Source: Octopus sinensis
Lineage: Eukaryota
Assembly: GCF_006345805.1 (NCBI RefSeq)
Contig: NC_042998.1
Coordinates: 10,292,001 to 10,356,000, forward strand
Length of the DNA: 64,000 nt
Direction: 5' to 3'
Shown: positions 40,616-53,910 of the stretch, piece by piece
How positions within the stretch are numbered: position 1 is the first letter of the stretch
Layout: each line of letters opens with the position of its first letter
The notes under the pieces: generated by a model
Databases searched by the model: none
The model's input: the letters and a program-made list of their open reading frames with translations, nothing else
What the model was told of the DNA's origin: nothing
Position numbers and translations under genes: made by a program

Positions 40616-42820
40616 GTATATATATATATATGTATTGTTATATATGTATGACCTTGAGCTTAAATTAGAAACAATTATTATCAATGAATGAATGTCTGTG
40701 ATGGATCGCTGACTGCACACATATAAACTCTTACATCATACAGTGGGTACTCTATTCTCTCCATACATATTTCATCATGTTGAACCGTTTTCCCTACATA
40801 TTTCTCAGTTTTTTTTTCCTCTCAGTCCTTTCTGTTGAAGAGCATATGTTCAAAATGTTAGAGATTTTTCCATTCTTCCTAATATACCTGCTTGTTGGTC
40901 CTCCACCTGTCTTTGTCTTTTGCTTCCTATAAATTTGAACTGTATATATTTTGGTGCAGGTGTATCTGTATCGCAAAAGGTTTGCTTCTTGAACACAAGG
41001 TTCAGGGTTCAGTCTCACTGTGAGGCACCTAGGGGCAAGTGTCTGTTACTATAGCCTCAGGCTATAGTGGATTTAGTAGACACAAACTGAAAGAAGCCCG
41101 TTGTGTGTGTGTGTGTATTCGTGCCTGTGTTGTTCCCCACCACTGCTTCACAACCGGTGGTGGTGTGTTTTACGTTTCTGTAACTTAGCGGTTCGGCAAA
41201 ACTGACTTATAAAATAAGTACTGGGTCGATTCGTTCGACTAAAATGTTACTAGTAGCCCCAGCATGGTTGCAGTCTGATGTGAAACAAATAAAAGATAAA
41301 CAGAAAGATATAAAAGATAAGAAAGATAAAAGCCAGAAACAAATATGTTTAGGCTTTTTTCTTTGTAAGCTTTGCATTGTGGATCCATAAATAGACTGGT
41401 GTGGGTGTTTGCCAAAATAATAAATTAAAATATATACCAGTCGACAAGGTAGTCTCTACGCAGTCACTCGACCTGCTGCAACACGCCTGAAATATCAGCT
41501 AAGTTTCTTCGAATTACCTTAACCATTTAAAAAATAAAATAAAGGCGAAGCCACATTGTCTTATGTAATCGTAACTGAATAAAATAATAGAGAAATAAGT
41601 TACGATTGAAACAACTTTGATCACAGGTTTTACTCAATCGGAGGTGACTTTGGATCAAAACACCAGTTACTATAACATGTAGTAGTGTAATAAATAGGTA
41701 GTTTCATTATAGTTGGTATATACGCATGAATTTTCTCAATTATAGCGTCTGAGCAGAGACAGATATATACTTTTTGCTTTTAAAACAAAGGATCTATTTA
41801 TGCTTTCTATCTTACAAAAAAAGACAAAAGCCTGAAAGACTAATTTTAATATTTAAAACCAAAAAAATAGCAAATCATGCTTTGTTATTGTTTAGTTTCA
41901 GGTCAACCCGAATGAACAGACAGACCTAGACATTCCAATGTTGACTGTCACGTCAATTTTTTTTCCTTTTTTATAGCCAGTAGCTAAATTAGCAAATGGA
42001 TTCTTTCTTTTCTTTTTCTTTTTTAGATAATGCCTTGAAGAGTAATAATTAGCGGGGGATTCAGTTGCTATTTCTAGCAGGTGGAAACTACTGCGTTAGC
42101 TGGTTCTGATATCTTTCTATCTAAGCGTGTTTAGAAATACCCGAATCTCATTTTTTTTCCACCAGATAAGAGTATTAATTAGACAAACATTAATTCGTCT
42201 TATACTGCTATTCTCTTCTCTGTCGTTCAAAAACTAGTGAAATCGGGAGGGAAGGCCTGATGTGGGAAGCTACAGCATTATAAACTGCACAGTTTAGTTT
42301 GAAGAAGAAGGTTAATTAATGTATGGAATAAGGTAGGTGCGGTCACATGCACTGAGCTGTATACAAACGTAGTAGAAACTACTATCGACTTCGTTTTTCT
42401 ATCAATCAACCAATCGATCGATCCATCCAACTGCCTATCGATCAGATCGTCGATCTGATAGTTTTTAGTTCCCGATTATTTTATTATTGAAAAAAATCTA
42501 CAATCGATTTTTTTTTAAAATGTGTCGATGGAAACTTTATAGAGTTTGATTTGTAATTGTTTTAATACGACTCACAAATATAGGAAAATCCCAGGAATTG
42601 GTGGACAGCTTTCGCTTTTAAATAGCAAACCGGTACCAAGGCAATTAACGATAGATTAAATAAATGCTAAGTACCAGACAGACAGACAGAGACAAAACTT
42701 ATTTACTGTATTGTTATTTAATAGTAATATGACATTTACGATGTAACTATTTATATAAATGTTTTAGCCTAGAGCGAACAGACCTTATGGCAAAAAAAAA
42801 CAATCAATCTAGCCATAACC

Positions 42821-43020
42821 AAATGCGTAGCCGTATTTCGTCTGTCGTTACGTTCTGAGTTCAAATTCCGCCGAGGTCGACTTTGCCTTTCATCCTTTCG
42901 GGGTCGATAAATAAAGTACCAGTTTCCAACTGGGGAGGTCGATGTAATCGACTTAATCCCTTTGTCTGTCCTTGTTTGTCCCCTCTATGTTTAGCCCCTT
43001 GTGGGCAGTACAGTAAAGAA
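42821..43020 (+). mobile_element. SINE family B (5'-truncated)
   Basis: Matches 11230 and 21815. Confidence 0.8.
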
Positions 43021-43611
43021 ATACATTTAAAGAACTATCTAGAACTATATTATATAAAGTGGTTTACTTTTTTTAAGTTTATGAAAAGTGTATTTGAAAA
43101 GAGAGTTGAATAATGATTTTAGCAGGCCGAACCGAACCGACCGCGTAGAAGTTCTCTGTTGGTAATATTATATAAGTATTTAGTTTTCTGAAATCGATCA
43201 AATATGTACTTTTGATGGGAGGAGGAGGGGGGCAATGTAATTGATTATTCCTTAGGAGGCGGTGACACAGCATGGCCAGTCTGATAATGGGAACCGGTAA
43301 AAGAATATATACTGGGTTTTAAAAAAAAAGGATTATATAATAATATTGTTAACAGTTATATAATAGCTGTGTTAATATTGTATATACTGTCTGCTGAAGT
43401 TCCGGCTTTTTTTAGTTGGTAATCATAAAGAGGCACTACTGCGAAAACTGTGTATCAGATTATATATAAAAGGTATAAAGAAAGCCGAGTGTGTATATGT
43501 AGGTTAGCTTGCAGGTCGATCCAAGGAAGACAGAGATTCTGGAACAACCTGAGGGAGAATGTTTGTGGGTTAGAAACCACAGGTAACAAATAATAATAAT
43601 AATAATAAAAA

Positions 43612-43733
43612 GGCGATCTTTCGTCTCTAGTAGACCTTTCCGTCGATTTCCGTAAAAAATTTTTTTTTTTTTACATATGGGCTTGCGGGAACTTTTGATC
43701 GACGGAAAGGTCTACTAGAGACGAAAGATCGCC
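43612..43733. repeat. Perfect 36-bp inverted repeat with 50-nt loop
   Basis: 43612-43647 GGCGATCTTTCGTCTCTAGTAGACCTTTCCGTCGAT is the exact reverse complement of 43698-43733. Confidence 0.95.
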
Positions 43734-44339
43734 CAAATAATAATAATAAAAAAAAGATCTTTAAATCGATCTGAAATATAAATACAAAATCTTTTTGTAA
43801 AAATAGAATTCTGAGTAAAAACTGGGGAAACCAGTGGAAAAAGCCAACGAGAAAAGAATCTATTTTAACCTTGCTTAATAAACAACGCTAGTAAAACCGA
43901 TAGATTTCAAAATATAGGATATTTAGAGATCTAATGTAAATAAGAGCGACGTTTCATCATAGATGCTGATTAATTGGTTAATTAATTAACGAATAAGGCC
44001 ACGGATGTTAATTAATTACATAAAAATTCTTACGTAAAAATACAAACAGAAGAATTATAGATTAATGAAAAAAATTTAATCTTCGTATTCAGCCTCATGT
44101 GAGACTCATATAAATCGATGATTTAAAAAAGGTATTGATAAAAATCGAATGTAAACTTACTCCAAGGGATTTGATGACAGCAGATGTGGGGTGAATGTTC
44201 CGACGGGACCACATGCACGCTACAGTATCCATGAATATGATCAGACTGAAGGGTGATTCATGCGACCTCTGTATAAAGGTAGATAACTCTAGACAACCGG
44301 GTCACAATACACCACCAACCAATCAATTGCTGCTAATCT

Positions 44340-44723
44340 TCTTTATATATAAAAGTGAAGTGTGTCTGTCTCCTACGATTTAGATTCCTAACTACTCCCA
44401 CATTTTGCGGTGCAGTTTAACCAAAACCGGGTATCTTATAGTCGTGATTCATATCGAGCCCTTCTGGGTATTAGCGCGTGTCTACGATGAGTCTACGATT
44501 TTAAAAATAATTTACCATCATTTTTTTCCGTTTTAATGCATTTTTTCGCTATTATATAAGGGAAGTAACTCTCTAAAAATGTCTACGATGAGTCAACGAT
44601 TTAAAAAAAAATTACCATCATTTTTTTTTCCATTTTTAATGCATTTTTTGGCTATAACTCTCTAAAAATGCTTATATAGTTATTTCTCTTACAAACCCGA
44701 GCAACGCCGGGCGATACTGCTAG
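44340..44723 (+). mobile_element. Non-autonomous Helitron-like element
   Basis: TC...CTAG termini, 3' hairpin CCCG-AGCAACGC-CGGG and an internal direct repeat. Confidence 0.8.
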
Positions 44724-45538
44724 TAAAAAATAATTGATCGTCGAAATTAATTTCCCCGAAAGTGGGGTTTGCGAAAATGCTGTGCTGTTACCAGAGACAA
44801 GGTGGTCTTTAATAAAATTCAATAGAAATATAGGCGATGTTTCGTAATATATTTTATAAATAAATAAAAAAAATTGGTATGAAGCATTTTCAAAATAAGA
44901 CGTATTTTATTTTTATACGAATACGCTTTCTTTCTCGAATAATATTTGTTTCATTTCACTTCTAATTAAGATTTTAGTTGCAATGGGCAATGTTTATTTG
45001 TAAAATATAGATTTGTGTTCAGCGATTTTTGCAAAATCGTACAATGATTCCACGACAAAGAAAGTTTGAAAACCATTGTTCCATAACTTCGTTCAACATG
45101 CTAGAAACGATAGATAGTATTGATGAATATATTATCGATATCTGATGATTAAAATATTAGTTTAGCCGTCACTCATAAGTTGGCATGACATGGGAGCTTG
45201 TGTTATGCGTTTACTACTTGTTTTATATTACTATGTTGTCCCGAGCAGACAGACAGCCCTTGACCCAGCTGAACATCGAGGATGGGGCAACCGGAAAAAA
45301 AGAGAGAAAAAAAAGAACTGTAACAGTGGCTTATTCAGTCAAGGCACGCCTGGAGTCTAAACAACAACAAAAGCAACATATCCTAAATTCAACGAGGGGC
45401 TTTGTAGTTGTTGTTGTGGTGGTAGTTGTTCACTCTAAGAAACGAGATCAAGAGAAGTGTCTTGAAGGGGACAATGTCAGTCATGTTTCCTTCAACAGCT
45501 CAAAGACACCCCTACGTATATGTATTAATTATTGACTG

Positions 45539-45921
45539 TGGAGGCGCAATGGCCCAGTGGTTAGGGCAACGGACTCGCGGTCATAGGATCGCAGTTTCGA
45601 TTCCCAGACCGGGCGTTGTGAGTGTTTATTGAGTGAAAACACCTAAAAGCTCCACGAGGCTCCGGCAGGGGGTGGTGGTGATCCCTGCTGTACTCTTTCA
45701 CCACAACTTTCTCTCACTCTTACTTCCTGTTTCTGTTGTACTTTGTATTTCAAAGGGCCGGCCTTGTCACTCTGTGTCACGCTGAATATCCCCAAGAACT
45801 ACGTTAAGGGTGCACGTGTCTGTGGAGTGCTCAACCACTTACACGTTAATTTCACGAGCAGGCTGTTCTGTTGATTCGGATCAACCGGAACCCTCGTCGT
45901 CGTAACCGATGGAGTGCTTCC
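45539..45921 (+). mobile_element. SINE family C with a third tail type
   Basis: Head matches 10055. Confidence 0.8.
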
Positions 45922-46246
45922 AATTATTGACTCCCTCCTCACCCACTCTTAACATGAACTGGGTGCTACTTGAACCTAAGCATTAGCAGAACATCCAAGC
46001 GAGCTCCTCCTTACAAGCAGCATTATAGGCCTCCTGTCTTAGCAACATTATAAGCTCCATAGCAAATCAATGCCCTAGGTCCTGTAGTATTTGTTTATTG
46101 ACAGTAAGCGACAGAATAGATAGATCAGAATTGGGCACCTTAAAGCTGTGATGCACAAGGGCAACTTTCCAGTGTTTCCATGCCTTAAGACGGCCCTGCC
46201 CACAGGTAGCATACATAAGATTATCATGGCAACATCAAGATCATAA

Positions 46247-46482
46247 TACTCTTTTACTCTCTCTTTTATTTGTTTCAGTCATTTGACTGTGGCCATGCTG
46301 GAGCACCACCTTTAGTCGAACAAATTGACCCCGGGACTTATTCTTTGTAAGCCTAGTACTTATTCTATCGGTCTCTTTTGCCGAACCGCTAAGTGACGGG
46401 GACATAAACACACCAGCATCGGTTGTCGGGCGATGGTGGGGGACACACAGACACACAAACATATACACACACATACACAAAT

Positions 46483-46515
<33 letters not shown>

Positions 46516-46647
46516 CGACGGGCTTCTTCCAGTTTCCATCTACCAAATCCACTCACAAGGCTTTGGTCGGCCCGAAGCTATAGTAGAAGACACTTGCCCA
46601 AGGTGCCACACAGTGGGACTGAACCCGGAACCATGTGGTTGATAAGC
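46247..46647 (-). mobile_element. SINE family A
   Basis: Reverse complement of the family A consensus. Confidence 0.85.
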
Positions 46648-47329
46648 GGTAACATCGAGTATCACAAAACTTATTGAATGCAGAAGATTGTTTCTATTGA
46701 TTTGTATATTAGGCTGTTCATTGTTCAGCATACATAACTGCATGCGTGTGCACATATGCGCGCACACACACACACACCCATATACACACACACACACATT
46801 CATACACACACAACTATACATTTCATTTGCAATATAAAATTTTGTCTTTAGTAAATTTTTAATTGTAACCCGAGCACTTTGATATGTATGAGATTGACAC
46901 ACACTCTCTCTAAATGGCGTTCCCCCACCCCCCAACATTAGTATAAATTCTATGTGTCACCATCACTGATGATCTCTCTTGATAAATAAACATCTACAAT
47001 ATTGAAAAAAAAACCTCAGATGTTGATTCAGAGAAATGCAAAACTTTATAAAGTTTGGAGACTCCTTGTTAAAGCATATGTATTTTGTAATTACTTTGAA
47101 GCCCTAGCAAATTCCACACTGTAAGCTGTAGCTTGCGTAAATCCACTGCTGATTGTAAAAATAATATTACAAAAATTGACTTTATTCTTCACATCCAGAA
47201 AATACTTCAGACCCTCCAGTATATTCCATCGTCCACCAATCTTGCATTCTTACACTGAATAAAACTCAGGCGAAATCTACAATAGAGCACTACTCTCATT
47301 ATAGAGCAGTCCTTCTCGCTGTCTCCGTC

Positions 47330-47537
47330 TCTTTCTGTCTGCCTGCCTGATAGCTTGTCTGTCTGTCTGTCTGTCTATCTGTCTGCCTCTGTCTCTCTCT
47401 CTGTCTGTCTCTGTCTCTCTGTCTCTCTCTCTTTCTCTCTCATACATACACACAGACCACATCCTCCAAAATGTCTGCTTCGCTGATTTTCATAAAATTA
47501 CTTTCTGACACACTTCAACTGGCTCATAGAAGTACTG

Positions 47538-47612
<75 letters not shown>

Positions 47613-47670
47613 TTCTCTCTCTCGCTCTCTCTTTCTCTTTCGCTTTCTCTCTCTCTCTCTCTCTTCTCTT

Positions 47671-47715
<45 letters not shown>
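47330..47715. repeat. (CT)n and (GTCT)n microsatellites
   Basis: Direct reading. Source of the ER/SL-repeat ORFs. Confidence 0.95.
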
Positions 47716-47721
<6 letters not shown>

Positions 47722-48283
47722 TCTACTGTTGTGCTCTCTCCTCTTTAGAGCTTTCTGGTGTTTTGTCACATCCTCACAGGCTCTCACAACTCACACACCT
47801 CTCCTCCTTTCACCACCTGGGTCACATTCAGTTTCCCACCTCTACACCAACAAGTGTTCCAAGTCTTTCTTCCCCAGAACACCAGAACACTGAAATTCTG
47901 ACTCACGCCATGTGAGGTGAAATCTCAGCAGTTGTTGAATGTTAACTATAGCAATCTCACCAGTGAAGTATCTTCAACTCAGAATTAAAAAAAAAAAAAA
48001 CAATTCTGTAAAAGGATGTGGCCTATTGGTTGGGGTGTTGCACTTGTGATCATAAGATCTTGGTTTCAATTTCTAAACTAAGCAGTGTGTTGTGGTCTTG
48101 AGCAAAACACTTCATTTTACGTTGTTCCTGTCCCACTCAGCTGTAAATGTGTTCCAGCAATAATAGCTGGAAAGTTAACCCGGCAACAAACCAGCATCCC
48201 ATTCAAGGAGAAGAGGATGAGCATTGTAAACTCAGTCACTTATACATCATAGAAACCATGGTCTAATGAACCCCTAGGATTCA

Positions 48284-48679
48284 TACTCTCTTTTACTTGT
48301 TTCAGTCATTTGACTGCGGCCATGCTGGAGCACCACCTTTAGTCGAGCAAATCGACCCCGGGACTTATTCTTTTGTAAGCCCAGTACTTATTCTATCGGT
48401 CTCTTTTGCCGGACGGCTAAGTGACGGGGACGTAAACACACCAGCATTGGTTGTCAAGCAATGCTAGGGGGACACACAAACATATACACACACACTTATA
48501 TATATATACATATATATGACAGGCTTCTTTCAGTTTCCGTCTACCAAATCCACTCACAAGGCATTGGTCGGCCCGGGGCTATAGCAGAAGACACTTGCCC
48601 AAGATGCCACGCAGTGGGACTGAACCCGGAACCATGTGGTTGGTTAGCAAGCTACTTACCACACAGCCACTCCTGCGCC
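48284..48679 (-). mobile_element. SINE family A, full length
   Basis: Reverse complement of the family A consensus. Confidence 0.9.
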
Positions 48680-49486
48680 TCATGACTGAGTAAAGTAAGT
48701 ATTAATTATGTAAATTCGACTATTTAACTTTGCTAAAAATTGTATCCTTGTGATCAGAAAATTCCATCAGAGCTAGAAAATATTTCAGCCCTTATCAGTT
48801 GCTGACATTCTACAAAACTCTAACGAAAACCCTCATTTTGACTCTTCTACATTTACTGCAAAGGCTAATCTAGTAATTAGATAACGACATCAATCTTCAC
48901 CCTGGTCCACAAATCACTCTCACTTCTCCTTTCCTCTTTTGTACTGTGGCTCTCATTTCAGTCTTTCTCTCCACCCTTAGTTCTTCATCTAGTTCCTAGG
49001 ATTGGTAACACTGGAATTCCTTCCCAACTCAGTGACTTTTTTCTTTTCCCTTTCACTTCATAGATTTTAACCACTTTCCCATCTCACTTCATCTTGATCT
49101 TGCTAATAAACTTTGATCAAGTTCATCATCATCATTGTTCGACCGTGGTCGAGACAATGGAATTTACCATGCTACGCCAGACTTCACGGTCCATCATGGC
49201 ATTACCTATGTCCTGTTGCTGGATGCTTGTATCCCTGGAGATTACATGGCAGAATCGTTAGCACACAGGGCAAATCGCTTAGCGACACTGCATGCTCTGA
49301 GTTCAAATTCTGCTATGGTCGACTTTGCCTTTCATCTTTTGGGGTTGATAAAATAAGTACCAGTTGAGCACTGGGGTCGATGTAACTGATTTAGTGCCTT
49401 CCCTGAAAATGCTAGTCTTTGGCCAAAATTTGAAACCAATTTGATCAAGTTAGTATTACTCCCTCACTTTTTACTTCCTCCTCTAT

Positions 49487-49910
49487 TACTCTTACTCTTT
49501 ACTCTTTTACTCTTTTACTTGTTTCAATCATTTGACTGTGGCCATGCTGGAGCACTGCCTTTTAGTCAAGCAAATTGAGCCCAGGACTTATTCTTTGTAA
49601 GCCTAGTACTTATTCTATCGGTCTCTTTTGTTGAACCACTAGGTTACGGGGACGTAAACACACCAGCATCAGTTGTCAAGCGATGTTGGGGAGACAAACA
49701 CAGACACACAAACACATACACACACAAATATATATATATATATATACGACGGGTTTCTTTCAGTTTCCGTCTACCAAATCCACTCACAAGGCTTTGGTCA
49801 ACCCGAGGCTATAGCAAAAGACACTTGCTCAAGGTGCCACGTAGTGGGACTGAACCCGGAACCATGTCGTTCGTAAGCAAGCTCCTTACCACACAGCCAC
49901 CCCTACACCT
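49487..49910 (-). mobile_element. SINE family A, full length
   Basis: Reverse complement of the family A consensus. Confidence 0.88.
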
Positions 49911-50334
49911 ATTGTTCACTTCATACACTCCTCACGCCATTTATTGATTTTTCTCTTTTCTCCTCACATAATCTCGCATCCACTCCATTCTTTTATTTTA
50001 TTTATCATTGCCATTTTATAACCAATGCAATAACACTTCTATGTATTCTTATTCAATAACGCTTCTTATTCTTATTCTCAGATGAAGGACAAATGCTTGA
50101 ATGGTAAATCAACTGACTGACATCTTCCACACACTTTTATATGCATTAAGATCATCACCAGACACAGATCATCACCACTTTCCTAAGATCCTCAATCTTA
50201 CATTATGAATATTCATACTGAACATCAACAATTGATGTTGCCTATCTGGAAGGAGCAACAAAACTTTATGAGGGCAGTACGCTGCTCTACTGACTGATTA
50301 ATAAAAAAATTCCTGCACTAATTTCTAAATTTGG

Positions 50335-50706
50335 TACACCGAATCGTGGCTGATGCCAGCGCTGCCTTGACTGGCTTCCGTGCTGGTGGCATGTAAAAAG
50401 CACCATCCGAATCGTGGCCGAAGCCAGTGCCGCCTCGACTGGCTTCCGTGCCGGTGGCACGTAAAATGCACCAATCCGACTGTGGCCGATGCTGGCCTCA
50501 CCTGGCACCTGTGCAGGTGGCCTGTAAAAAGCACCCACTACACTCATGGAGTGGTTGGCGTTAGGAAGGGCATCCAGCTGTAGAAACATTGCCAGATAAG
50601 ACTGGAGCCTGGTGCAGCCTTCTGGCTTCCCAGATCCCCGGTCAAACCGTCCAACCCATGCTAGCATGGAAAACAGACGTTAAACGATGATGATGATGAT
50701 GATGAT
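50335..50706 (+). mobile_element. RTE 3' UTR copy with 68-bp units
   Basis: Same unit sequence as 6768-7343. Confidence 0.85.
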
Positions 50707-51285
50707 GTTACGTGTTTGCAAAGAATGAGTATAATTGATGAATCCCACTGTTTGACTGATAATTATTATTATTATTTTTCCTTTTAGCTGTTGACATTCA
50801 ATGATTTGTGTAGATTCCCATGAATGCAGAAGTGGAACAAAAGACGGGTAAATATTTCAACAATACCAGATATGAAGATGGAACCAACATGGAATTTGTG
50901 TTGGAGCTTAGAGTTAAGAAAAAGTCAGTTGAAATGTCTAAATCAATTCCATGTTGGATTCAGATAACCAAAGACATCAATGGGACACAGGAATATACTG
51001 TGGAATTCCTTTGTGACTGCAGAACAGTTCAAAACCATGGAACCTGTTGGTTGCCCACTGGATTTCCCTCATTTGAATAATTTGAGCAATAACAAAACAA
51101 AGAAAAAAAGAAAAAGTGCAATGTTTCCTAAAAAAGTGGAAATATCTGGTTTGGAATTGTAAAAATATGCAAGACTTTCTTAAACTTTGTTATGTCACAT
51201 TTACCGTTGTTGTTATCCCAAACTCCATTGTTTCTTTGTTAGACTCCAGCCCCCACTTTCTAGAAAGAATACTAATAAATAAAAA

Positions 51286-51650
51286 GACAGGAATGGCTGT
51301 GTGGTAAGTAGCTTGCTAACCAACCTCATGGTTCCGGGTTCAGTCCCACTGCGTGGCATCTTGGGCAAGTGTCTTCTGCTATAGCCCTGGGCCAACCAAT
51401 GCCTTGTGAGTGGATTTGGTAGACGGAAACTGAAAGAAGCCTGTCGTATATATATATATGTATGTGTGTGTTTGTGTGTCTGTGTTTGTCCCCCTAGCAT
51501 TGCTTGACAACCGATGCTGGTGTGTTTATGTCCCCTAGAATAAGTACTGGGCTTACAAAAAGAATAAGTCCCGGGGTCGAGTTGCTCGACTAAAGGCGGT
51601 GCTCCAGCATGGCCGCAGTCAAATGACTGAAACAAGTAAAAGAGTAAAAG
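51286..51650 (+). mobile_element. SINE family A (internal deletion)
   Basis: Similarity to other copies. Confidence 0.85.
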
Positions 51651-52295
51651 ATGTACATACGTAGGTACAAAGACACGCATGAATGCAGGCATACATATAC
51701 ATACATATTGAAATGAAACAAGAAGACGAAAAAAAACAAAAACACCCAGAAAGCCAGAACTGAGCTGCTGACATTGGAGTAGGGGAGATAATTATGTAAG
51801 TGCATCTCACCGGCTAACGAGTTTGCACTATATTTATATATATAGGTTATGGCAAGGAAAAGAATGATAATGATGCCGACGTCGGCGGCGATTACGAGAA
51901 TCGCGGTCGTCGTCATCATCATCATCACTGCGATAAAAATAAGCGCTTGCATCCTCTCTTCAAACCACATTCTATGTTACATGGTATTCCTTAGAGTGTA
52001 ATTATGTTTTTGACACCCAACAAAGTTCGTTTATTCTTCTACCCATGCATACACTCTTTATGTAGGTGATATCTCTCTTCCTTCCCGCTTAACTTTCTAC
52101 ATACATGCACACAATTAAGATGTGAGGTTGTGGTTTGGAAAGTACAGGTGTCAAACCGGTACCTGACTGACGTCATATTTTGGGCAATTGATGCTCAGGT
52201 TTTACGTCAACAAGCAAATGAAAGAGAGAACCTTTATTTGATTGTTAAACCTATGAGAGAAAGCAGCCAAATTTCTCTCAACATCACTCTTTGAT

Positions 52296-52583
52296 TGTTT
52301 CTTTTTCGAGCCATCCCTGGCTCATAAGGGCCGGCTTCCCGGTTTCCGTGGCGTATAGGTTCCCCACCTGGACGGGACGCCGGTCCGTCGCGGGTGAGCT
52401 GCAAGATGCAGGAGGGAAGAGCGAGAGAAAGTTGTGGCGAAGCTGGAGCCATCATCTTCTGCTGAATCCATGTGGAGTTTAGGTGTTTCACTCATAAACA
52501 CACACATCGCCCGGTCTGAGATTCGAACCCGCGTTCCCTCGACTGCGAGTCCGCTGCTCTGACCACTAGGCCATGTGCCTCCA
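52296..52583 (-). mobile_element. SINE family C
   Basis: Reverse complement of the family C head. Tail is like 22289. Confidence 0.8.
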
Positions 52584-53184
52584 CGGCATCACTCTTTACC
52601 ATCTTAAAAATACAGTACACATTGTATGTTGGATGCAGTCAACAGAAAGCTTTATACCAAAAACATAGAAGATTAAGGCTGAAATGTCTTTGGCCATATG
52701 TTAGCTAAACAACACTATACAACATATATACCATAGACCAGAATTGTTCTGCTTCTATGGACAGAAAAGTCAGAAGCTTTCTCTCGTAAGGACGACATTA
52801 TAGTCAAAGCACTGTCATTGTTACTGTCATCGACGTCGCCGCCGTTGTCATCGCCCTCATCACCACTGGGATGTCATCGTCTCATGATCGACTTTTCCAT
52901 GCTTGCATAGGTTGGATGGAATTCAATGAGGTGAATTTTTTTGATTGCCAAATGTCCTTCCTGTCGCCGACCTCATCTGTTTCCAAGCAACGTAATATTG
53001 CGAGGTGACATGGCCAAGCATGCATTCACAGGAGAATGGAGACAAGGTACACTGCCTGAATGATGGTGATGCTTCTTTGTAGCTAGTGTATGTTGGTTGG
53101 CCTGGCTGTATAGTTGAAAACACTTGTCTAAGGTGCCCCGCAGTGGGACTGAATGAAAAATCATATACTTATGAAGCGATGCAT

Positions 53185-53196
53185 ATATATATGTAT

Positions 53197-53230
<34 letters not shown>

Positions 53231-53238
53231 GTATGTAT

Positions 53239-53272
<34 letters not shown>

Positions 53273-53340
53273 GTATGTATATATGTATATATATATATAC
53301 ATATACATATATATGTATGTATATATATATATATATTATT
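53185..53340. repeat. (TA)n/(TACATA) microsatellite
   Basis: Direct reading. Confidence 0.95.
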
Positions 53341-53468
53341 TCTATGTCCCCGCGCATGATACAGCCTTAAGCCTTAAGAAAAAAAAAATTACACATTTAT
53401 TGGATGGCCGTTGACTCTCAAGAGTTCCTCCGCCCTTTGACGGGTTTTGTTTTTCATCTCGAGTTGCA

Positions 53469-53910
53469 CATGAGAAAGTAAGGAGGGATGTCAGGAAGGG
53501 CATCGCTGTTACACTTCCCGAAGGGAAAGGGTCTTCCTTTGATTCTGACAAGCAATGTCTGTGCAAGACCCTGCCTCAGTAAAGCTGGACTCATGAGTCA
53601 TCTTCATAGTCATAAAATCAGACAGATGAGTGACACCCTGGCCACAGGGGTGGTGTAACACACCATACTAATCATATCTGTCGGGCATGTGGAAGAGAGT
53701 GTAATTCGGCAGGAGGACTTAAACGACATGCAAAGGTACATGAAGCCCAGTTACAACTACAGCCGGCTATTACCGGTAAAGGTTTTAGTTGCCAATTCTG
53801 TACAAGACATTGTAGATCTTTAGCTGGGCTAAAAAGTCACATAAGATCACAGCACCAATAACAGTTAAGCTTCGTGCAATGGCCATACTCGATAACGAGG
53901 GTGCAGCCAT
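53469..53910 (+). mobile_element. Probable LINE (RTE-like) 3' end encoding three C2H2-type fingers; frameshifted
   Basis: Reads (S)NVCARPCLSKAGLMSHLHSH, ICRACGRECNSAGGLKRHAKVH and FSCQFCTRHCRSLAGLKSHIRSQHQ* (stop near 53860), then a short UTR and (TA)n. Confidence 0.65.

Larger units (their letters stand above)
41400..45300. promoter_or_regulatory. CpG-rich island, probable promoter or first-exon region
   Basis: Non-repeat DNA here retains many CG dinucleotides, while unique DNA at 1-41 kb and 46-51 kb is visibly CpG-poor (judged by eye, not counted). Confidence 0.45.

Noticed and set aside
50820-51080. 86-aa ORF MNAEVEQK...
   Set aside because: No recognisable domain or consistent splice phase. 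It could be a decayed transposase but I cannot support a call.
51853-51995. His/Asp-rich exon-like segment GYGKEKNDNDADVGG...HHHHH
   Set aside because: Degenerate GAT/CAT low-complexity DNA with no supporting neighbouring exons.
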